From positions 55,614,001-55,678,000 of the forward strand of contig OZ024749.1 of assembly GCA_964016885.1 (NCBI GenBank): a stretch of DNA of 64,000 nt, read 5' to 3'. Below, piece after piece: positions 15,066 through 29,260 of this stretch. The first letter of the stretch is position 1. Each line of letters starts with the position of its first letter. The notes under the pieces were generated by a model that saw only the letters and a list, made by a program, of their open reading frames with translations, was not told where the DNA came from and made no database searches. The position numbers were made by a program, and so were the translations under genes. The DNA is from Eledone cirrhosa (lineage: Eukaryota).

Positions 15066-15219
15066 TCGGCAGAGAATTTGCATAATCGTTAGAACACCAA
15101 ATAGAATGCTTTGCAGTATTTGTTACGGCTCTCTGAGTTCAATTCCTGTCGAGGTCAACTTTAACATTCATCCATTCGAGGCCAAGAAAAATAAGTACCA
15201 GTCAAGTACTGGGGTCGAT
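15066..15219 (+). mobile_element. tRNA-derived SINE family A, old copy
   Basis: gagttcaattcc B-box-like motif plus core catccattcgagg..aagtaccag. Confidence 0.75.
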
Positions 15220-15612
15220 TCTTTTTCTATATCTCTATATCTATTTCATTCTTTCACTCTCTATCCTTCTTTGCAAGAAATCTTATATTTAAACCTGGAA
15301 AGGAGATGGGCACCACCAGATTAAAAAGAAAACTGCCCTAGAAAGGTCGTACGTCAACGTGCCTCCCTTACGCCTCCCCGGGGTGTCACGGGTCCATACA
15401 TGCATAAATATATTATTTCTATGTTAAACTTTCAAATTTACACAATATCAAAATTCAAGAACACGCTTGAGCGTCTTTCATTTGCAGAGTTTTCCCGCCT
15501 TCCGTCAACATTGTTGTCAACATGGCTGATGTTTCTATTTAACTACTGCAGCTGTCTATTAACATTAACTTGGGTAATCTAACCTGAAGAATAGTCATTG
15601 TAGTAGTAATAA

Positions 15613-15779
15613 TGCTTTCTTATATAGGCACAAGGCCAGCAATTTTGGGCGAGGAGAAAGTCGATTAAATCGACCCCAGTGTATTACTGGTACTTTATTT
15701 TATCGACCCCCGAAGGATGAAAGGCAAAGTTAACCTCGGCGGGATTTGAACTCAGATCTTAAAGGGCCGTAACTCTATG
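15613..15779 (-). mobile_element. SINE family A
   Basis: Matches the young copies at 30385 and 51831. Confidence 0.9.
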
Positions 15780-15829
15780 TAGTAGTAATAATACTGTTGA
15801 TAATGGCGTCGCTGTTGTTGTTACAACTA

Positions 15830-16660
15830 TTGATGATGGTGATGGTGGTGATGGTGATGTGGATGATGGTGAGGGTGATGGTGATGGTGGTGATTGTGGT
15901 GATGATGGTGATGATGGGGATGGTGATGATGATGATGGTGATGTTGGTGATGGTGAGAGCGATGATGATGGTGATGATGGTGATGATTATGATGACTATG
16001 ATGATGATGATATTTATGCTAGAGACATCTCTATTACGACAATGGTGACGGACACCAATCATATTTTAGACGTTATTTTCTAGTTAACAGTTGTGGTTAG
16101 ATTTATTCTGCTGCTTGTTGTTATTGTTGTTGTCATAGTTGTTGTTATTGTTGTTGTTATAGTTGTGGTTATTGTTGTTGTTATAGTTGTGGTTAGATTT
16201 ATTCTGCTGCTTGTTGTTATTGTTGTTGTCATAGTTGCTGTTATTGTTATTTTTGCTGTTGTTGTTGTTATAGTTGTGGTTATTGTTATTTTTGCTGTTG
16301 TTGTTGTTATAGTTGTGGTTATTGTTATTTTTGCTGTTGTCACATTCTGTGTTGTCCGTTTCGTTATTTTTAACAATGTTATTATTGTTGAATTTTTTTT
16401 TTTTTTTTACATTTTGTTTTTATTGCTTTCTTGTCTAGCTACTACTAACGCTGCTGCTACTACTGCTACTAGTACTAACAGCGCTGCTACTACTGCTGCT
16501 GCTACTACTGCTGCTGCTACTACTGCTACTAGTACTACCGCTTCTGCTACTGCTACTACTGCTGCTACTACTACTGCTGCTACTACTACCGCTGCAGCCA
16601 CTGTTACTGCTGCTACTGTTATACCAGTTATTGTTGTTATTGTTGTAGCTTTTTTGTTGC
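15830..16660. repeat. Triplet repeat cluster (GAT/GGT, GTT, CTA/CTG)
   Basis: Direct reading. Confidence 0.92.
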
Positions 16661-19004
16661 TTTGTTGTTTGTCGTCGTTGTTTGTGTTGTCATTGAGTAA
16701 TACTACTTCAGCCAATGGAAAGTAAGTGACAGACATATACACAGACATGCATACAGTCACACGTACACGCACATATACACACTCCATCACATACATACAC
16801 ACAGACTCACACATACACACTCAGAAAGTCAAAGACAGACACGGACACAAACACTCACAGACTGATATGCATATACTCATAAAGCCAATGCCAGACACAC
16901 GCACACAGAGACAGATATGCATACACACAGAGAGCGAATGACAGACACCGCACATACACGTGCATGCGCATACACAGGGGTACACCTGCTGGCATAGATT
17001 AACATATATAACTTCACCCCATGGAGCAATGGCGTAGGTTGGCTGTTAAAACTATATCCGGCTTTGTGTCGGCTTACATAACACCTATGAGTAACTCTAC
17101 AATAACGTATCACACAATGACATGAAATGAACAAACGGCTTCCAGAACAAAAGAAATCGAAATAACAAAAACAATATATATATATATATATATATAAATA
17201 GCGGAGTACTCTTCGTGGTGTGGGTGAGAATGCATATATATATATATATATATATTATATATACTATTTTCTCTGCGGATTTATATAATATATATATACA
17301 GCCCCTGTCGAGTCCTCTCTGGATTTTGGTCTTTGTATTTATTACTAGAGAGAGAGAGATAGATAGATAGAGATAGATAGATAGATAGAGAGAGATAGAG
17401 AGCGATAGAGAGAGATCCAAAACAAATTAGTAAACCATACACGAGGACGCACATTTCACCGAACTGACATTTTAATTTCACAAGCTAACCGTTCTGCGTT
17501 TTTATTTGAACAACTGCAATACTCGTCGTTGGAACCGACGAAGAACCACCACACTAAAAATTATATTAGAAAATGTGGAAATTCTCAAACAGCTTCAATA
17601 AATTTCCTTTAGCAATTAAGTCAGCGGAATGACTAATTACTTAATTTCTAAACGAGAAAATCTCTTGAAATTATTAGAAAATTCCTCTATCACTTTTATT
17701 TTTTTTAAATATCATTTATGGTCCTAAAAACACCACTAACTACTTTTTTCATAATTAATGAAGTATGGTATTTGAAGGCGAAACGGACGCTGTATGAAAT
17801 TATCATAGAAGACGGTGTTTCATAGCATAAAAAGAATACATTGAGAATCTAGATTAAATCTAATTTTGATTGCATATATCAGACTTGTCCTATTTGTAAG
17901 GACTGAGGGATTTAGTTTACTTATAAAACAAAAATAGATAAAATACTGGAGCTAATTTTTTAAGGAGCTATTTTATAGAACGTAAGAGAAGACATATGAG
18001 AAAGGTAACAGAAGCTAAAATGAGATTTTCTTTATATTCAAAGTTAGAAAATTAGAACGAAGTTTCGTTGGTTACTGTTTCGGCACTCTGGTTTAGTAAA
18101 ACAACATTGGTTCTATATTTAACAAGTTTAGCTTGGTCTCAGGATTGTCACTCTTGTCTGCTAAATTTGGATGAAGGCATCACGTTTGAGAAATAACTCC
18201 TTGATGTAAAGCATCTGATGCAGCAGGAACGACTTGTATTTGTTCCTGAAAACAACGTTTGCTATCTTTTCAGCGGGTTGTAGAAAAAGGAACTTATTCA
18301 GCAGAAAATATAGAATTTGTTGTTCATTTCGATAAACACAGCGAATATGGAAAAAATGTTTGTTACGTTTAAGACAATCTTAATTACGTTTTCAATAACC
18401 CATTAGGTTAGGCGGTTCTGGTTAAAAAATATTTTAGTCTGAGAACGAAGGGAAAACTATAAAAATTTTGCCGGATCTCCAAGACTAGTTAATGGAAAGG
18501 AACGAATAATCAGGTGACCTCAAAATGTAAATTTCTTTTAAATCCCTGTAACAGAGTGACTTTCATTGAAGACACCCCGAGGACAGGTGGTTGTTATAAA
18601 CCAAGTCAAGATGCTGTATTCCACATTCTTTTAACAGATATTTCTTGAGAATTTAAAAAAAAAAAAAAAAAAAAAAAAAGTCAACTTTGGAACATTGTTG
18701 ATTTGTCTTGAAAATTCTCCATATTTTGTTTTTTAGTCTTTCAGTCTTTGCTTGAAAATGATTTACTATTTTTTTTCTTTCATTCTTGCTTTAAGTTGTC
18801 GCATTTTTACATTGCATTATTATTTTAACATCGCTATTATCAATCTCACTTCTCTCCATTATCCTTTCTTTAGATCATATGGTTATTCTGTATGTATGTA
18901 TGTATGTATGTATGTATGTATGTATGTATGTGAGTGAATGTGTGAGTGTGTGTGAAAGTGTCTGTGTGTTTGTGTATTCTGTTAATGCTTTCAACATTGT
19001 AAAT

Positions 19005-19270
19005 GAGAAGACATGCATTGTTTCGGCTATTGTCTCTTTCAGTTTTCGTTACCATGTTTGTATTATTTGTTGTTCTTTACAGTTACGCAGACAGCGATTT
19101 CATATATCAGGTTGTTTGCTGTCAGATGCATCTGCTTCTATGGACGTTTTCCATTTTCTGTTTCAGCACCAGGTTATAAATTGTTATCAAATTTTCAATT
19201 TCTGTCTCCATAGAGTTTTCGGTATCATAGCGAGAACTCAGCTAACCTTCTCTTTGTTACATAGGTATGG
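19005..19270 (-). mobile_element. Decayed PLE 3' end with degenerate HHR (19005-19047)
   Basis: Minus strand reads gaaaa-CTGAAAGA-gacaatagcc-GAAA-caatgcatg-TC/ttctc. Upstream peptide ..WRQKIENLITIYNLVL resembles an endonuclease end. Confidence 0.45.
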
Positions 19271-19777
19271 TTTATATTGCGATCATTATATATATATATA
19301 TATATGATCGCTATATATATATATATATATATATATATGATCGCTATATAGACGTCATGTTACCACTTCTAGAGTTATTCCCCTGTTTTGTCCATTGTGT
19401 GTGGTTTGTTCTCAGTGTGAACTATTCATTGATATGTTTGTAGCCATGTATAGTGTATGACATCACTTTCACTGTCTTTGCTGGTGAGACTGGTATTGTG
19501 TTGTTTAACCATATAGTGTGTGAATATTCTCCATTAAAAAAAAACTACATGCATCTTTGAATGATTTAATAAAATGAAGGAAAACTATATAATGGAAATA
19601 ACAAGACATTCACTTGTTGACAACATTATAAAATGTAGGTATCTCACACAAATTAGATAGAGTACTGTCAATATATATATATAAGATAACATTAACTCTA
19701 ACCAGAACCATAGACACATCCACTACATAGGAAAATATACTCGGTAGTGTAGTGGAAGCTAAAAATTGAGAATAACA

Positions 19778-19922
19778 ATTGTTTCTACTTTAGGTAAAAG
19801 GCCAGCAATTTGAAGGAAGTGGATGTGTGGAGGAGTTTATTAAATCGACACCAGTGCGTTACTGGTACTTTATTTAATCGACCTCGTAAGGAAGAAAGGC
19901 AAATTGAAGTTGATGGTGGAAA
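19778..19922 (-). mobile_element. SINE family A, degenerate
   Basis: ccagtgcgttactggtactttatttaatcgacc core. Confidence 0.8.
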
Positions 19923-19924
19923 TA

Positions 19925-20089
19925 GTACCAACAGGAGTACTAGTAATATTAGTAGTAGTAGTAGTAGTAGTAATAGCTGTAGTAGAAGTAGCAGCAATAG
20001 TATAAGTAGCAGCAGAAGTAGTAGTACTAGTAGTTGTAGTAGTAGTAGTAATAGCTATAGTAGAAGTAGCAACAATAATAGTAGTAGCA

Positions 20090-20174
<85 letters not shown>

Positions 20175-20175
20175 C
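19925..20175. repeat. (AGT)n/(AGC)n
   Basis: Direct reading. Confidence 0.95.
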
Positions 20176-20816
20176 TTTAACAGGAGGCCTTAGTTGTCTG
20201 AATTCCATACACTAACGACTGAGTCGTGTGACATAGTTTTTGTCGTTAATACTTTCAGAAATGGAGTCTAACGTGTTAAGACTGCTTTTAGCTTGAGTCT
20301 CGTTTAGTAAAAGTGATGGAAGCACTGACACACAGACAGATCTGTTTACGGCATTTCGAGATGTGAATGAATATATAGATACATAGACAGATACATAGAT
20401 ACAGATATATTTGTGTGTGTGTGTGTGTGTAGATACATATAAATATACATACATATATATGTATGTGAGTATGTATGTGTGTCAACGTGATTTTGCGTCT
20501 GTATTGTATACTCACACACACACACATATATATATATAATCTTAGAAACGTAGCTAAGCATTATTTTTATTTATCTCAACCTGGCTCGTGTCTTATTATA
20601 TATAACACCTCTCAGTGAAAATATTTAACATTAATCTTCACTGGCATTTTCATGATTATCCTTTAAAATCTTTTATTCCTCACTCGATATATCATTTTTC
20701 GATTATGTACATAGAAAATAGTATAGCTTCTACAAGGAACAAATATTAATTTTTGTAAAGAGCATAATCTTATAGATATAAAAAATATAACATTTAACAG
20801 GAATATATACCTGTCT

Positions 20817-21020
20817 GTGAAGGTGAATGGCTTCTTAGTGGTGAGGGAGTTGGATTTACAATCGTGAGCTTGTGAGTTTGATTCCCGGGCCAGGCGATGG
20901 TTTGTTTTCTTGAGCAAGACACTTTATTTCATGATGCTCCAGTTTATTCAGTTATAGAAATGAGTTGTGGCATCACTGGTACCAAGCTGTACCGGCTTTT
21001 GCCTTTCCCTTGGACAACAA
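20817..21020 (+). mobile_element. tRNA-derived SINE family B
   Basis: A/B-box-like tggcttcttagtgg..gagtttgattccc followed by ttgagcaagacactttatttc. Confidence 0.7.
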
Positions 21021-21296
21021 CATATATAGTGTATATATATTGTATATAGTGTATATATACTGTATATAGTGTATATATACTGTATATAGTGTGTATATAC
21101 TGTATATAGTGTATATATATATAGTGTATATATATATATTTAGTGAATGTTTTCACATACCTGGTGGTAAGCTGTATCAGTGATTGCCTCTCCGTTGGAC
21201 AACATCGGTGGAGAGGGGAGAGACTTATAAACAGAATTAATAAAGCTAATGACATAATATAGTGAAGGAATATGTTTGTTCCTACTATATCAAGTG

Positions 21297-21342
21297 TTAA
21301 CCGAGTCGTACGTTTCGGACACTAGTCTTTCATCAGCAGATT
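21297..21342 (-). ncRNA. Degenerate minimal HHR
   Basis: Minus strand reads CTGATGA-aagactagtgtcc-GAAA-CGTACG-AC. The loop is palindromic, but U16.1 is changed to A. Confidence 0.6.
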
Positions 21343-21599
21343 GGAGAAGTAAAACAAGAAATAGAATTATACTGGGAAGAGGAAGAAACGGAAAAAGAGG
21401 TTTTTTGAGAAAAAATACGTGGGTATTTATTCAACCAAACAAATAATATAAGACATGAAGCCGTGAATCTATGAAACAATAAGCTGTGTTGCTGGGGGAG
21501 TCTCTATTAGTCAGTCAAATGGACTTCCTTTTAGATGCGATCTAGAATGTAATGTCTGAAACAGAGCCAGACGAGCAGAAATAGAAAACTTCCATATGT

Positions 21600-22150
21600 C
21601 TTTCAAGATTTGTTTTTAAGAAAAAAAAATGTACCATATTTATTTGGAACTTTTCTAAAAAGAAGAAATTCCTCAGCATTTACAGCAATTTCAAAAAGAG
21701 AATACAAAACAAAATCAAAAGATGAAAACGAATTAAAAATGACATGTGATGATAGACAAAACATTTCACATAAATTCTAAATGACTACAAACTACTTCAG
21801 AAGAGTCTAGCGGATTGTAATGTTTTAATAATGATAAATGCCAGTATTACATAGTAATAATGAAAGGAACGACATCACCATAGTGTTACAAACACACATA
21901 CATACAGTATATATATAGTCGATAGACTTTCGTCAAATCGGACCGAGGAAAAAATATTTCCGTTGGTCTTTCCAACTTTCGATGTCTGGCTGGTCAAATG
22001 AACAAGCAGATGCCCCCATGTTGTTTGTTTCCATTCAGAGAAAAATTTAGGAACAAATGTCTGCCATTGACAAGGACCTAACGAAAAACCAGTGACAAGA
22101 TATGAAATATTTTATAGAACCACGTGGCTAATGGTTGTTAGGGTTACCAC
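21600..22150 (+). pseudogene. Possible piggyBac-like transposase relic
   Basis: Scattered peptides FPTFDVW, LFPFREK and KGPNEKP loosely recall piggyBac motifs; there are many disruptions. Confidence 0.25.
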
Positions 22151-22236
22151 AACTTCCTCCTTGGAATGTCTTTCAATAGAATTTTTTTATCAAGTAGTTA
22201 TCGCTACTACTACTACAACTACCACTAATAATAATA

Positions 22237-22452
22237 ATTGTTTCTATTATAGGCACAAGGGCAGCAATTTTGGGGGAGAGGAAAGTCGTTAAATCGACCC
22301 CAGTGCGTTACTGGTAGTTTATTTTACCGACCCCGTAAGGATGAAAGGCAAAGTTAACCTCGGAGGGATTTGAACTCAGATCGTAAAGGGGCGTAACTAT
22401 GCTACAAATCATGGCGTCCGACCCTCTACCGATACTGCTAATCCACCACCCT
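22237..22452 (-). mobile_element. SINE family A, full length
   Basis: End-to-end match to other copies. Confidence 0.92.
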
Positions 22453-22984
22453 GCGGTGAATGATGATGTGTATGACAGTCATATGACAGCACCATCGACA
22501 CCATCTACTTCACAAACACTCACGAAAAAGGAAAGATAAAATATCACATGACCAAAAATGTATGTTTTAGAATATTCTTGAAGCCGTGTTTCATTGGAAT
22601 AAAAGAGATATAAATATGATGTGAAACTTCAGAGGGGTTTTTCAACAAACACCAAAAATGTTCCAGCTAAGAAACCGAAGCTGCCACCATCCCCCTTTTT
22701 TTATGACATCACTATAGCATCAATGTTTACCTCCCCATCCCTCACTATTTAACATATTTTGATGCTAAAACACATAAAATAGCTGAAACTCTGTTATAAA
22801 ACTAACAATTACGCCATAAATGTCTCGAAACCAAATAAATTTGATAAATTATGCAACTTACGCAAATTCTTGTCTTTTTTTTTTTGCTTCTCTTTATGTG
22901 TTTATATAATTTTATTATCATTATTTGTAATGCTGTTAGTTTTAGTATTATTATTAAATCATTATAACGTAAGAAATCACCAGC

Positions 22985-22995
22985 ATTATTATTAC

Positions 22996-23031
<36 letters not shown>

Positions 23032-23180
23032 CATCATTATTATTACTAACATTATTATTATCAATGTTGTTATCCTTATTATTGTTATTACTATTATTAT
23101 CATTATTAATGTTATTATGGTTATTGTTATTATTATTATTATTATTATTATTGTCACCATCATCATCATCGTCGTCATCA
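22985..23180. repeat. (ATT)n/(ATC)n
   Basis: Direct reading. Confidence 0.92.
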
Positions 23181-23875
23181 TTTTGTGCCACATGGTATTC
23201 ACTGAAATACTTTGAAAAACCTGTACAATGGGTTAATGATTTAAGGCTCAGTAAAACCACTATTTTTGTTGTTGTTGTTTTGGCCGTTCGATTTCCTAAT
23301 GTGTCATTAAGGTGTTGGAAACAATTAGATTCAGAAGTGAATGAGAGAGAGAAAAAAATAACAAAAAATACAACAAAAGAAAGGAAAACCAACAAAAATT
23401 ATAGTTGCTAATAACAATGAATTTTAAGAGTTGTTTTGTTTTTTATTAATTAAATTTTTTATGTATTACTTTTCAAGTATTTTGGATGGCATTTTGTTAG
23501 TATTTATTTGCCATCCTGCTAAATAATCGTTTGTAATTGTTCCCTTCTTTTTTATGATTCCCTTTAATGTTTAACACGATCCCTAGTTTTGGTGGTTTTT
23601 CTTGAAATAAACTACAAATGTAGACATGAAAAGAACCATAAGAATGCCACTAAAATCACACAAACACAAAAAACAAACACTCAAACACACAAAAAACAAA
23701 CACTAATGCTCACAAAATCATTCTTAAAATAGCATTTTAAAAATTCACTCTAGATTTAGACATAAATCTCTAACAATAAATTTACTTTTAATGCGTTTTC
23801 TGAACACAACTGCGACCGTCCCAATTACGTAACTCTAGAATCCGTGCCTGGCCTTCGAAATATTACATGATATAT

Positions 23876-24125
23876 ACTTCTTACTCTTCTTCTTACACTT
23901 AATCCTGTGAGGGTCGTGGGGGCAGAGTCCTCAAACAGTCGTTCCAGCGGGTCTTGTCAGAAGCAATCGTCTCCAGCTGCTACAGATGGATCCCCCAAGC
24001 ATGGGCAACCAAACTCATGGATGTTATCCAACCATCTTGCTCGGGACCCACTCCTGGGTCCGCTGCCGGTTGGTTTGGCACGTAAAATCTATCCAGCGAA
24101 TCTTTCCTGAGATATTCTAACCACA
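23876..24125 (-). mobile_element. RTE-clade LINE 3' remnant
   Basis: Minus translation ILRAKPTGSGPRSGSRARWLDNI..LETIASDKTRWN matches the RTE G.RPRGRP..RW.D..A.DR..W C-terminus. A (GAA)-type tail follows. Confidence 0.75.
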
Positions 24126-24481
24126 TGCCCATAGTCAAGATATATACATGACATATAAAATACCTAAAATCTAACATACAACCTAAACAAAAATTTTTCT
24201 CTTCCACTTTTAAAAGATATTTTGTAAAAATATGCTTTTTGCCAAAATGCTCGACTGGTTTACATAATTATTCTAAATGAAATATACTTCTTGACGGTAC
24301 ATTTTTTCAATGTCTATTGCAATGCTTGAGGACATACACTAATCTTAATTTTTCTGACAGGAGTTTAAGAAAGGTAAATTTCTGAAAACAAACCACATAC
24401 CCTATGACGTACCATTTTCAAAGATGTGCCGTCTGCGAAAGTTTACACCTACCAAGGTGTAGAACTGTGGCATATAGTTGG

Positions 24482-24609
<128 letters not shown>

Positions 24610-24699
24610 AAAAAGTAAACAGAAATAAAAAAGCGAATGACACAGTGCATTGAATATATATTATATATATATATATATTATATATATATTATATATATA

Positions 24700-24740
<41 letters not shown>

Positions 24741-25570
24741 GAGAGAAAGAGGAGGGAGAGAGATCGAGAGAGAGAGGGGGGAGTGTAAGACAGAGGGAGA
24801 GAAAGAGTGAGATACAATTATACGTTTGTGGACAAGATTTGAGACCAGTGGGTTTATATGAGTGTATGTTATGTACGCCTAGAATTTAAAATATATATAA
24901 TTATCTATATCCGTGTCTATTACATAATGGTGGATAATTTAATAGGAATATTAGCCATATTAATGGGCTGAAGCAACGTTAATAGAGAGGCGGAAGTTAA
25001 TGGAGGACAAACGAGATTGTAATGAGAATTGTGGGAAATTTAATGAAAATTCTGATCGCTTTATTGGAAATATTTGCAAATTGGATGGAAATTGTTGCCA
25101 ATTTAATTACTTTCAATAAAATGCATATTACAAATAAGATTATGTAGAAAAGGTATCCCATAGATCGTAGCATTTCACTTCGTTTAGCATCGGTCATTTA
25201 AATCAGCAGCCTACCAGTGCATTCTGACCTGCTAGAGTGACCTTTACAATCACATATCTCCACTCACATTTGCTACTGCTGCGGGCTTTCTTTTCATCTG
25301 GGGTGAATATGTTTGAAGAATAACTACAAAGTATTGGCAGATCAATATCATGTCCATGGCATTAGATAATAAACGTTCTTTAAGAAAGCTCCGGGAGTTT
25401 TCAACGTAAGTTGATGAAATCAAAAGATCTCACTTCCTTTCTTTCTTCCTTTATACCCCCCACCCAACGTACCCTCTTTCCTCACATCGTTCTCCATATA
25501 TAACTAACTACCAATCTATCTATTTATCTATCTGTCATTCTCTTAGTCGATATATATATATATATATATT

Positions 25571-25741
25571 AGGACTAGAACTGTTTCATTCGTGAGAAAT
25601 CACCAGGAAGCTGATGATTTCTCACGAATGAAACAGTTCTAGTCCTGTAGAAGCTTTTCTATATTAAATATTTATACTCTGCTATGTATTGAGTACCTTA
25701 CTCACTGTGGTTACCCCCGATTGAATCCGGGATAAAATCAC
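25571..25741 (+). mobile_element. PLE pLTR fold-back with HHR (core 25611-25654)
   Basis: CTGATGA-tttctcacgaat-GAAA-CAG..CTG-TA/GAAGC; inverted arm 25571-25611; attgagtac at 25688; TA-flanked. Confidence 0.8.
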
Positions 25742-25893
25742 ATATATATATATATATACACACATTAAAAATGTATGTATATCTATATTCTTATCTCTCT
25801 ATATTATATGAACATATATCTCTCGCTCTATGTATGCTTGTGTGAATATACATCCATATATATACATCCATATATATACATCCATATATATAC

Positions 25894-25927
<34 letters not shown>

Positions 25928-26594
25928 ATATTACACATTCATACATGTACACACTTGTATACACACATACGTCTATGTGGATAGGTGTTTGTTAAAATGT
26001 GTGTAAGACTATATATACACACACACACAAAGACTACTAAATATATATACATATACCCACATTTATTTATATATCCAATGCCTCTAAATGTAATTTTTAC
26101 TGCCCAGAATATCTCTGAAAAACTCTACCTTTCTACCCATGTCACAATCTTCATTTACTTTCACGTCGCTTCTTAATTACATGTTTTTATCTCTATATAT
26201 TTACACAATATTGTGTACTCCTCTTCTGCTTCTCTTTCTCTTTATTTATTGATATATATATATATATATATATATACACCCTTTCATTAACCTCTTTCCC
26301 ACCTTCTTCCACTCATTTTTCTTGTTTTTCTTTTTCTTTTTGAAGGTTTTCTTTCTATATTTTCTATCTCTTATATCTATATTCTTCTGTCTGTTCAATT
26401 ATTGGTCTTCATCCTTTAATCTATCTAACTATCCACCCATGTATTTATCTATCTATCTCTATACACGATGGCGACACACGTACACTCACTCATACTTACA
26501 CCCATAGAGACACACAGCCATAGACAGTATGTATATAATTATATGTAATCTAAGTGTGCATGTAAAGATATATGCATGTATTTGTGCATGTATT

Positions 26595-26626
<32 letters not shown>

Positions 26627-27194
26627 GCGTGTGTGTGTGAGTGTATGTATATATGTGCATATATGTCTGTCGGTCTGTATCTTCTCTTTCCTATTTATTT
26701 CAAAGCCTCCGTCAATGTGATTTCCGTCTTCGGTCTCCCACCCACCTCTAACAACCACACCTACCACATACATATCTCCAATTCTTCACAGATCTGACCG
26801 ATGATAATAGAGTGGTCGTTCGGTGCAAATATTCCCCTCCTCTGTATTGATGATTATCTCCCTTAGCAATTCCGCTCTCCTTCCTCATTCAAATTCAGTT
26901 GAGTGAAAACAATTTACTAAGTCACCCTGTCTGATTATACAATCATGCTATAACGTAGAGATTAATTTATGCTTGGTTCACAATATCAGAATGCAATTGA
27001 AGGACACCAAATAATGATAACATATTCTTAATATTTACTTTCTTTACTGCCCAATGTTAGTTTATTTTTTAATAATTGGCGTTTCTCCATTATTTACTAT
27101 CTGAATACAAACTTCGTGTTTACTTGGTCCTCGAAAAGACACGCTTCTAACTCATAAATAACAACAATTACATAATATATATATATATGTTGTC

Positions 27195-27340
27195 GGAGAC
27201 GGTGAAGTGACAGAGTCGTTACAACGTCGGGTAGAATACTTGGTGATATTCATTCCGGATCTTTGTTCTCTGAGTTCAAATCCCGCCGAGGTCAACTTTG
27301 TCTTTCGTCCATTTAAGGTTCATAAAATAAGTGTTCCAAT
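27195..27340 (+). mobile_element. SINE family A, old copy
   Basis: ctgagttcaaatcccgccgaggtcaactttg. Confidence 0.8.
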
Positions 27341-28282
27341 TAAAAACCTTAAAGCATTTTATGTTTCTGCAAGATCAAATAATAAAGATTACTTTATTTT
27401 CTCAAAAGGGGCCACGGACATGTGTGTGTGTTTGAGAGAGAGAGAGAGGGGGGGGGGGGATACTACAATGATTATATTAATAATGATGGAGTTTCTCCCA
27501 TTTGGCTCAATGCCAAAATCATATAAAGGTATACTTATAATATAATCATTCGTATCCCAGTATAATACCTGTACTTGATTTAATAACCCCGGAGAGTTAA
27601 AAGGTAAAATTGTTATTTTTGTCTGTTACATACTATTAATTATTATTCTTTAAAATCCAACAGACAGAATTACAAACGGAAATATAACTTGAAGAGATAG
27701 ACACACATAGAAAACACATCCATCCTTCCTTTTAACTGTTTCTGTTTCACATTTGAAAAGAGGGTTTTAACTCCGAAATATACTGAGTAAAACATTACCT
27801 TGTTTTGTTCTATTTGTCATCATTTGCCCTTTATATATTTCTACCTCATTGCAGTGGCTCTTTGAAATTTATCGGTCTTTTATAAAACTTTAATTCATAA
27901 AGAAATTAGGTCTGTATATAAAGGACTATAGTAAATCGGATTGCTAGAATGTAAGATATTATTACTTCTATAATAATGGGGACACTTGGAATTGTCTTGA
28001 GGAATATCAAGGAAAATCTAGGTAAATTGCCAGGATAATCCTAAACTTAAACCTTATCAAAACAATATTTAGCGTGAAGGTAGCAGGCATATCATGGGAA
28101 TCCCTTTCTGTAAACAAACTAGTGATAGAGACTGTATAGAGGTGATTTAACTGCAGGAAATAGGAACAAAATGTTCCTTAATTCAGATATAAGACATTGA
28201 GATACTGAGAGTATAGTCGGCGATATACTGTTTGAAGGGTGCAAGCAACTGTGCATGGTTAAGAAGTACGCTTCGTAATAAT

Positions 28283-28459
28283 TGCTTCTTCTTTTGGCAC
28301 AAGGCCAGCAATTATCCCAGTGTATTACTGGTGCTTTATTTTATCGACCCCGTAAGAATGAAAGGCAACGTTAACCTCGGCGGGATTTGAACTCAGACCA
28401 TAAAGGGCTGTAACTCTTTGCTATAAAGCATGGCGTCCGACCCTCTACCGATACTGCCA
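28283..28459 (-). mobile_element. SINE family A with gtaataat TSD
   Basis: Core match; flanking gtaataat at 28275 and 28460. Confidence 0.9.
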
Positions 28460-28467
28460 GTAATAAT

Positions 28468-28775
28468 GAGGACTTCGTCTCCTCCTGTGCCAGATGAATC
28501 CTATGTTGGGTCAGAGGTCTTGTCCGGAGCCACCACTTGGTAGGCTAGGGGGGTTCAAGGGATGGAAGGCTCAGCCTTTCTTTCGGCTTTTTTCGTCTCT
28601 TCTATTTGCATTCTGGTGTTTTCGAAGGGTGTTGTTATTCTTTTCGCGGATTATTCTGCCCCAATTGGTTCTTTCTGAAGCCTCCGTCTCCCAATAGAAC
28701 CGGATCTATTTCTCCTTCGTGGGTCGTCACCGTTTCCTGTTTTGGCAGAGGAGCTTGCACGTCTCGGTGAATCTT
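28468..28775 (-). mobile_element. RTE-clade LINE 3' remnant
   Basis: Frameshifted RFTETCK..ID..WETEASERTNWGRIIRE matches the RTE KRFKD..K..W E..A..R..WR motif. Confidence 0.65.
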
Positions 28776-28776
28776 A

Positions 28777-29040
28777 ATAGTAGTAGTAGCAGAAGTAGTA
28801 GCAGTAGTAGTAGTAGTAGCAGCAGCAGCAGTAGTAGTAGCAGCAGCAGCAGTAGTACTAGTAGCAACAGCAGCAGTAGTAACAGCAGCAGTAGTAGTAG
28901 CAGCAGCAGTAGTAGTAGCAACAGCAGTAGTAGTAGTAGCAACAGCAATAGTAGTAGTAGTTGTAGTAGTAGTAGTAGTAGTAACAGCAGCAGCAGTAGT
29001 AGTAGCAGTAGTAGTAGTGGTGGTGGTGGTGGTGGCAGTA
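28777..29040. repeat. (AGT/AGC)n
   Basis: Direct reading. Confidence 0.95.
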
Positions 29041-29077
29041 TGACGGTATTTATACATGGAGCTGTAAACCAAATAAT

Positions 29078-29260
29078 TGTTTCTATTTTTGGCACAAGGC
29101 CAGCAATTACCCAGTGCATTACTGGTACTTTATTTTATCGGCCCCGTAAGGATGAAAGATAAAGTAAACTTCGGCGGGATTTGAACTCAGAATGGCAAGG
29201 ACCGTAACTCTATGCGTCAAAGCATGGCGTCCGACCCTCTACCGATACTGCCAATCCACC
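29078..29260 (-). mobile_element. SINE family A, young, 17-bp TSD
   Basis: gctgtaaaccaaataat at 29061-77 and 29261-77. Confidence 0.93.
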
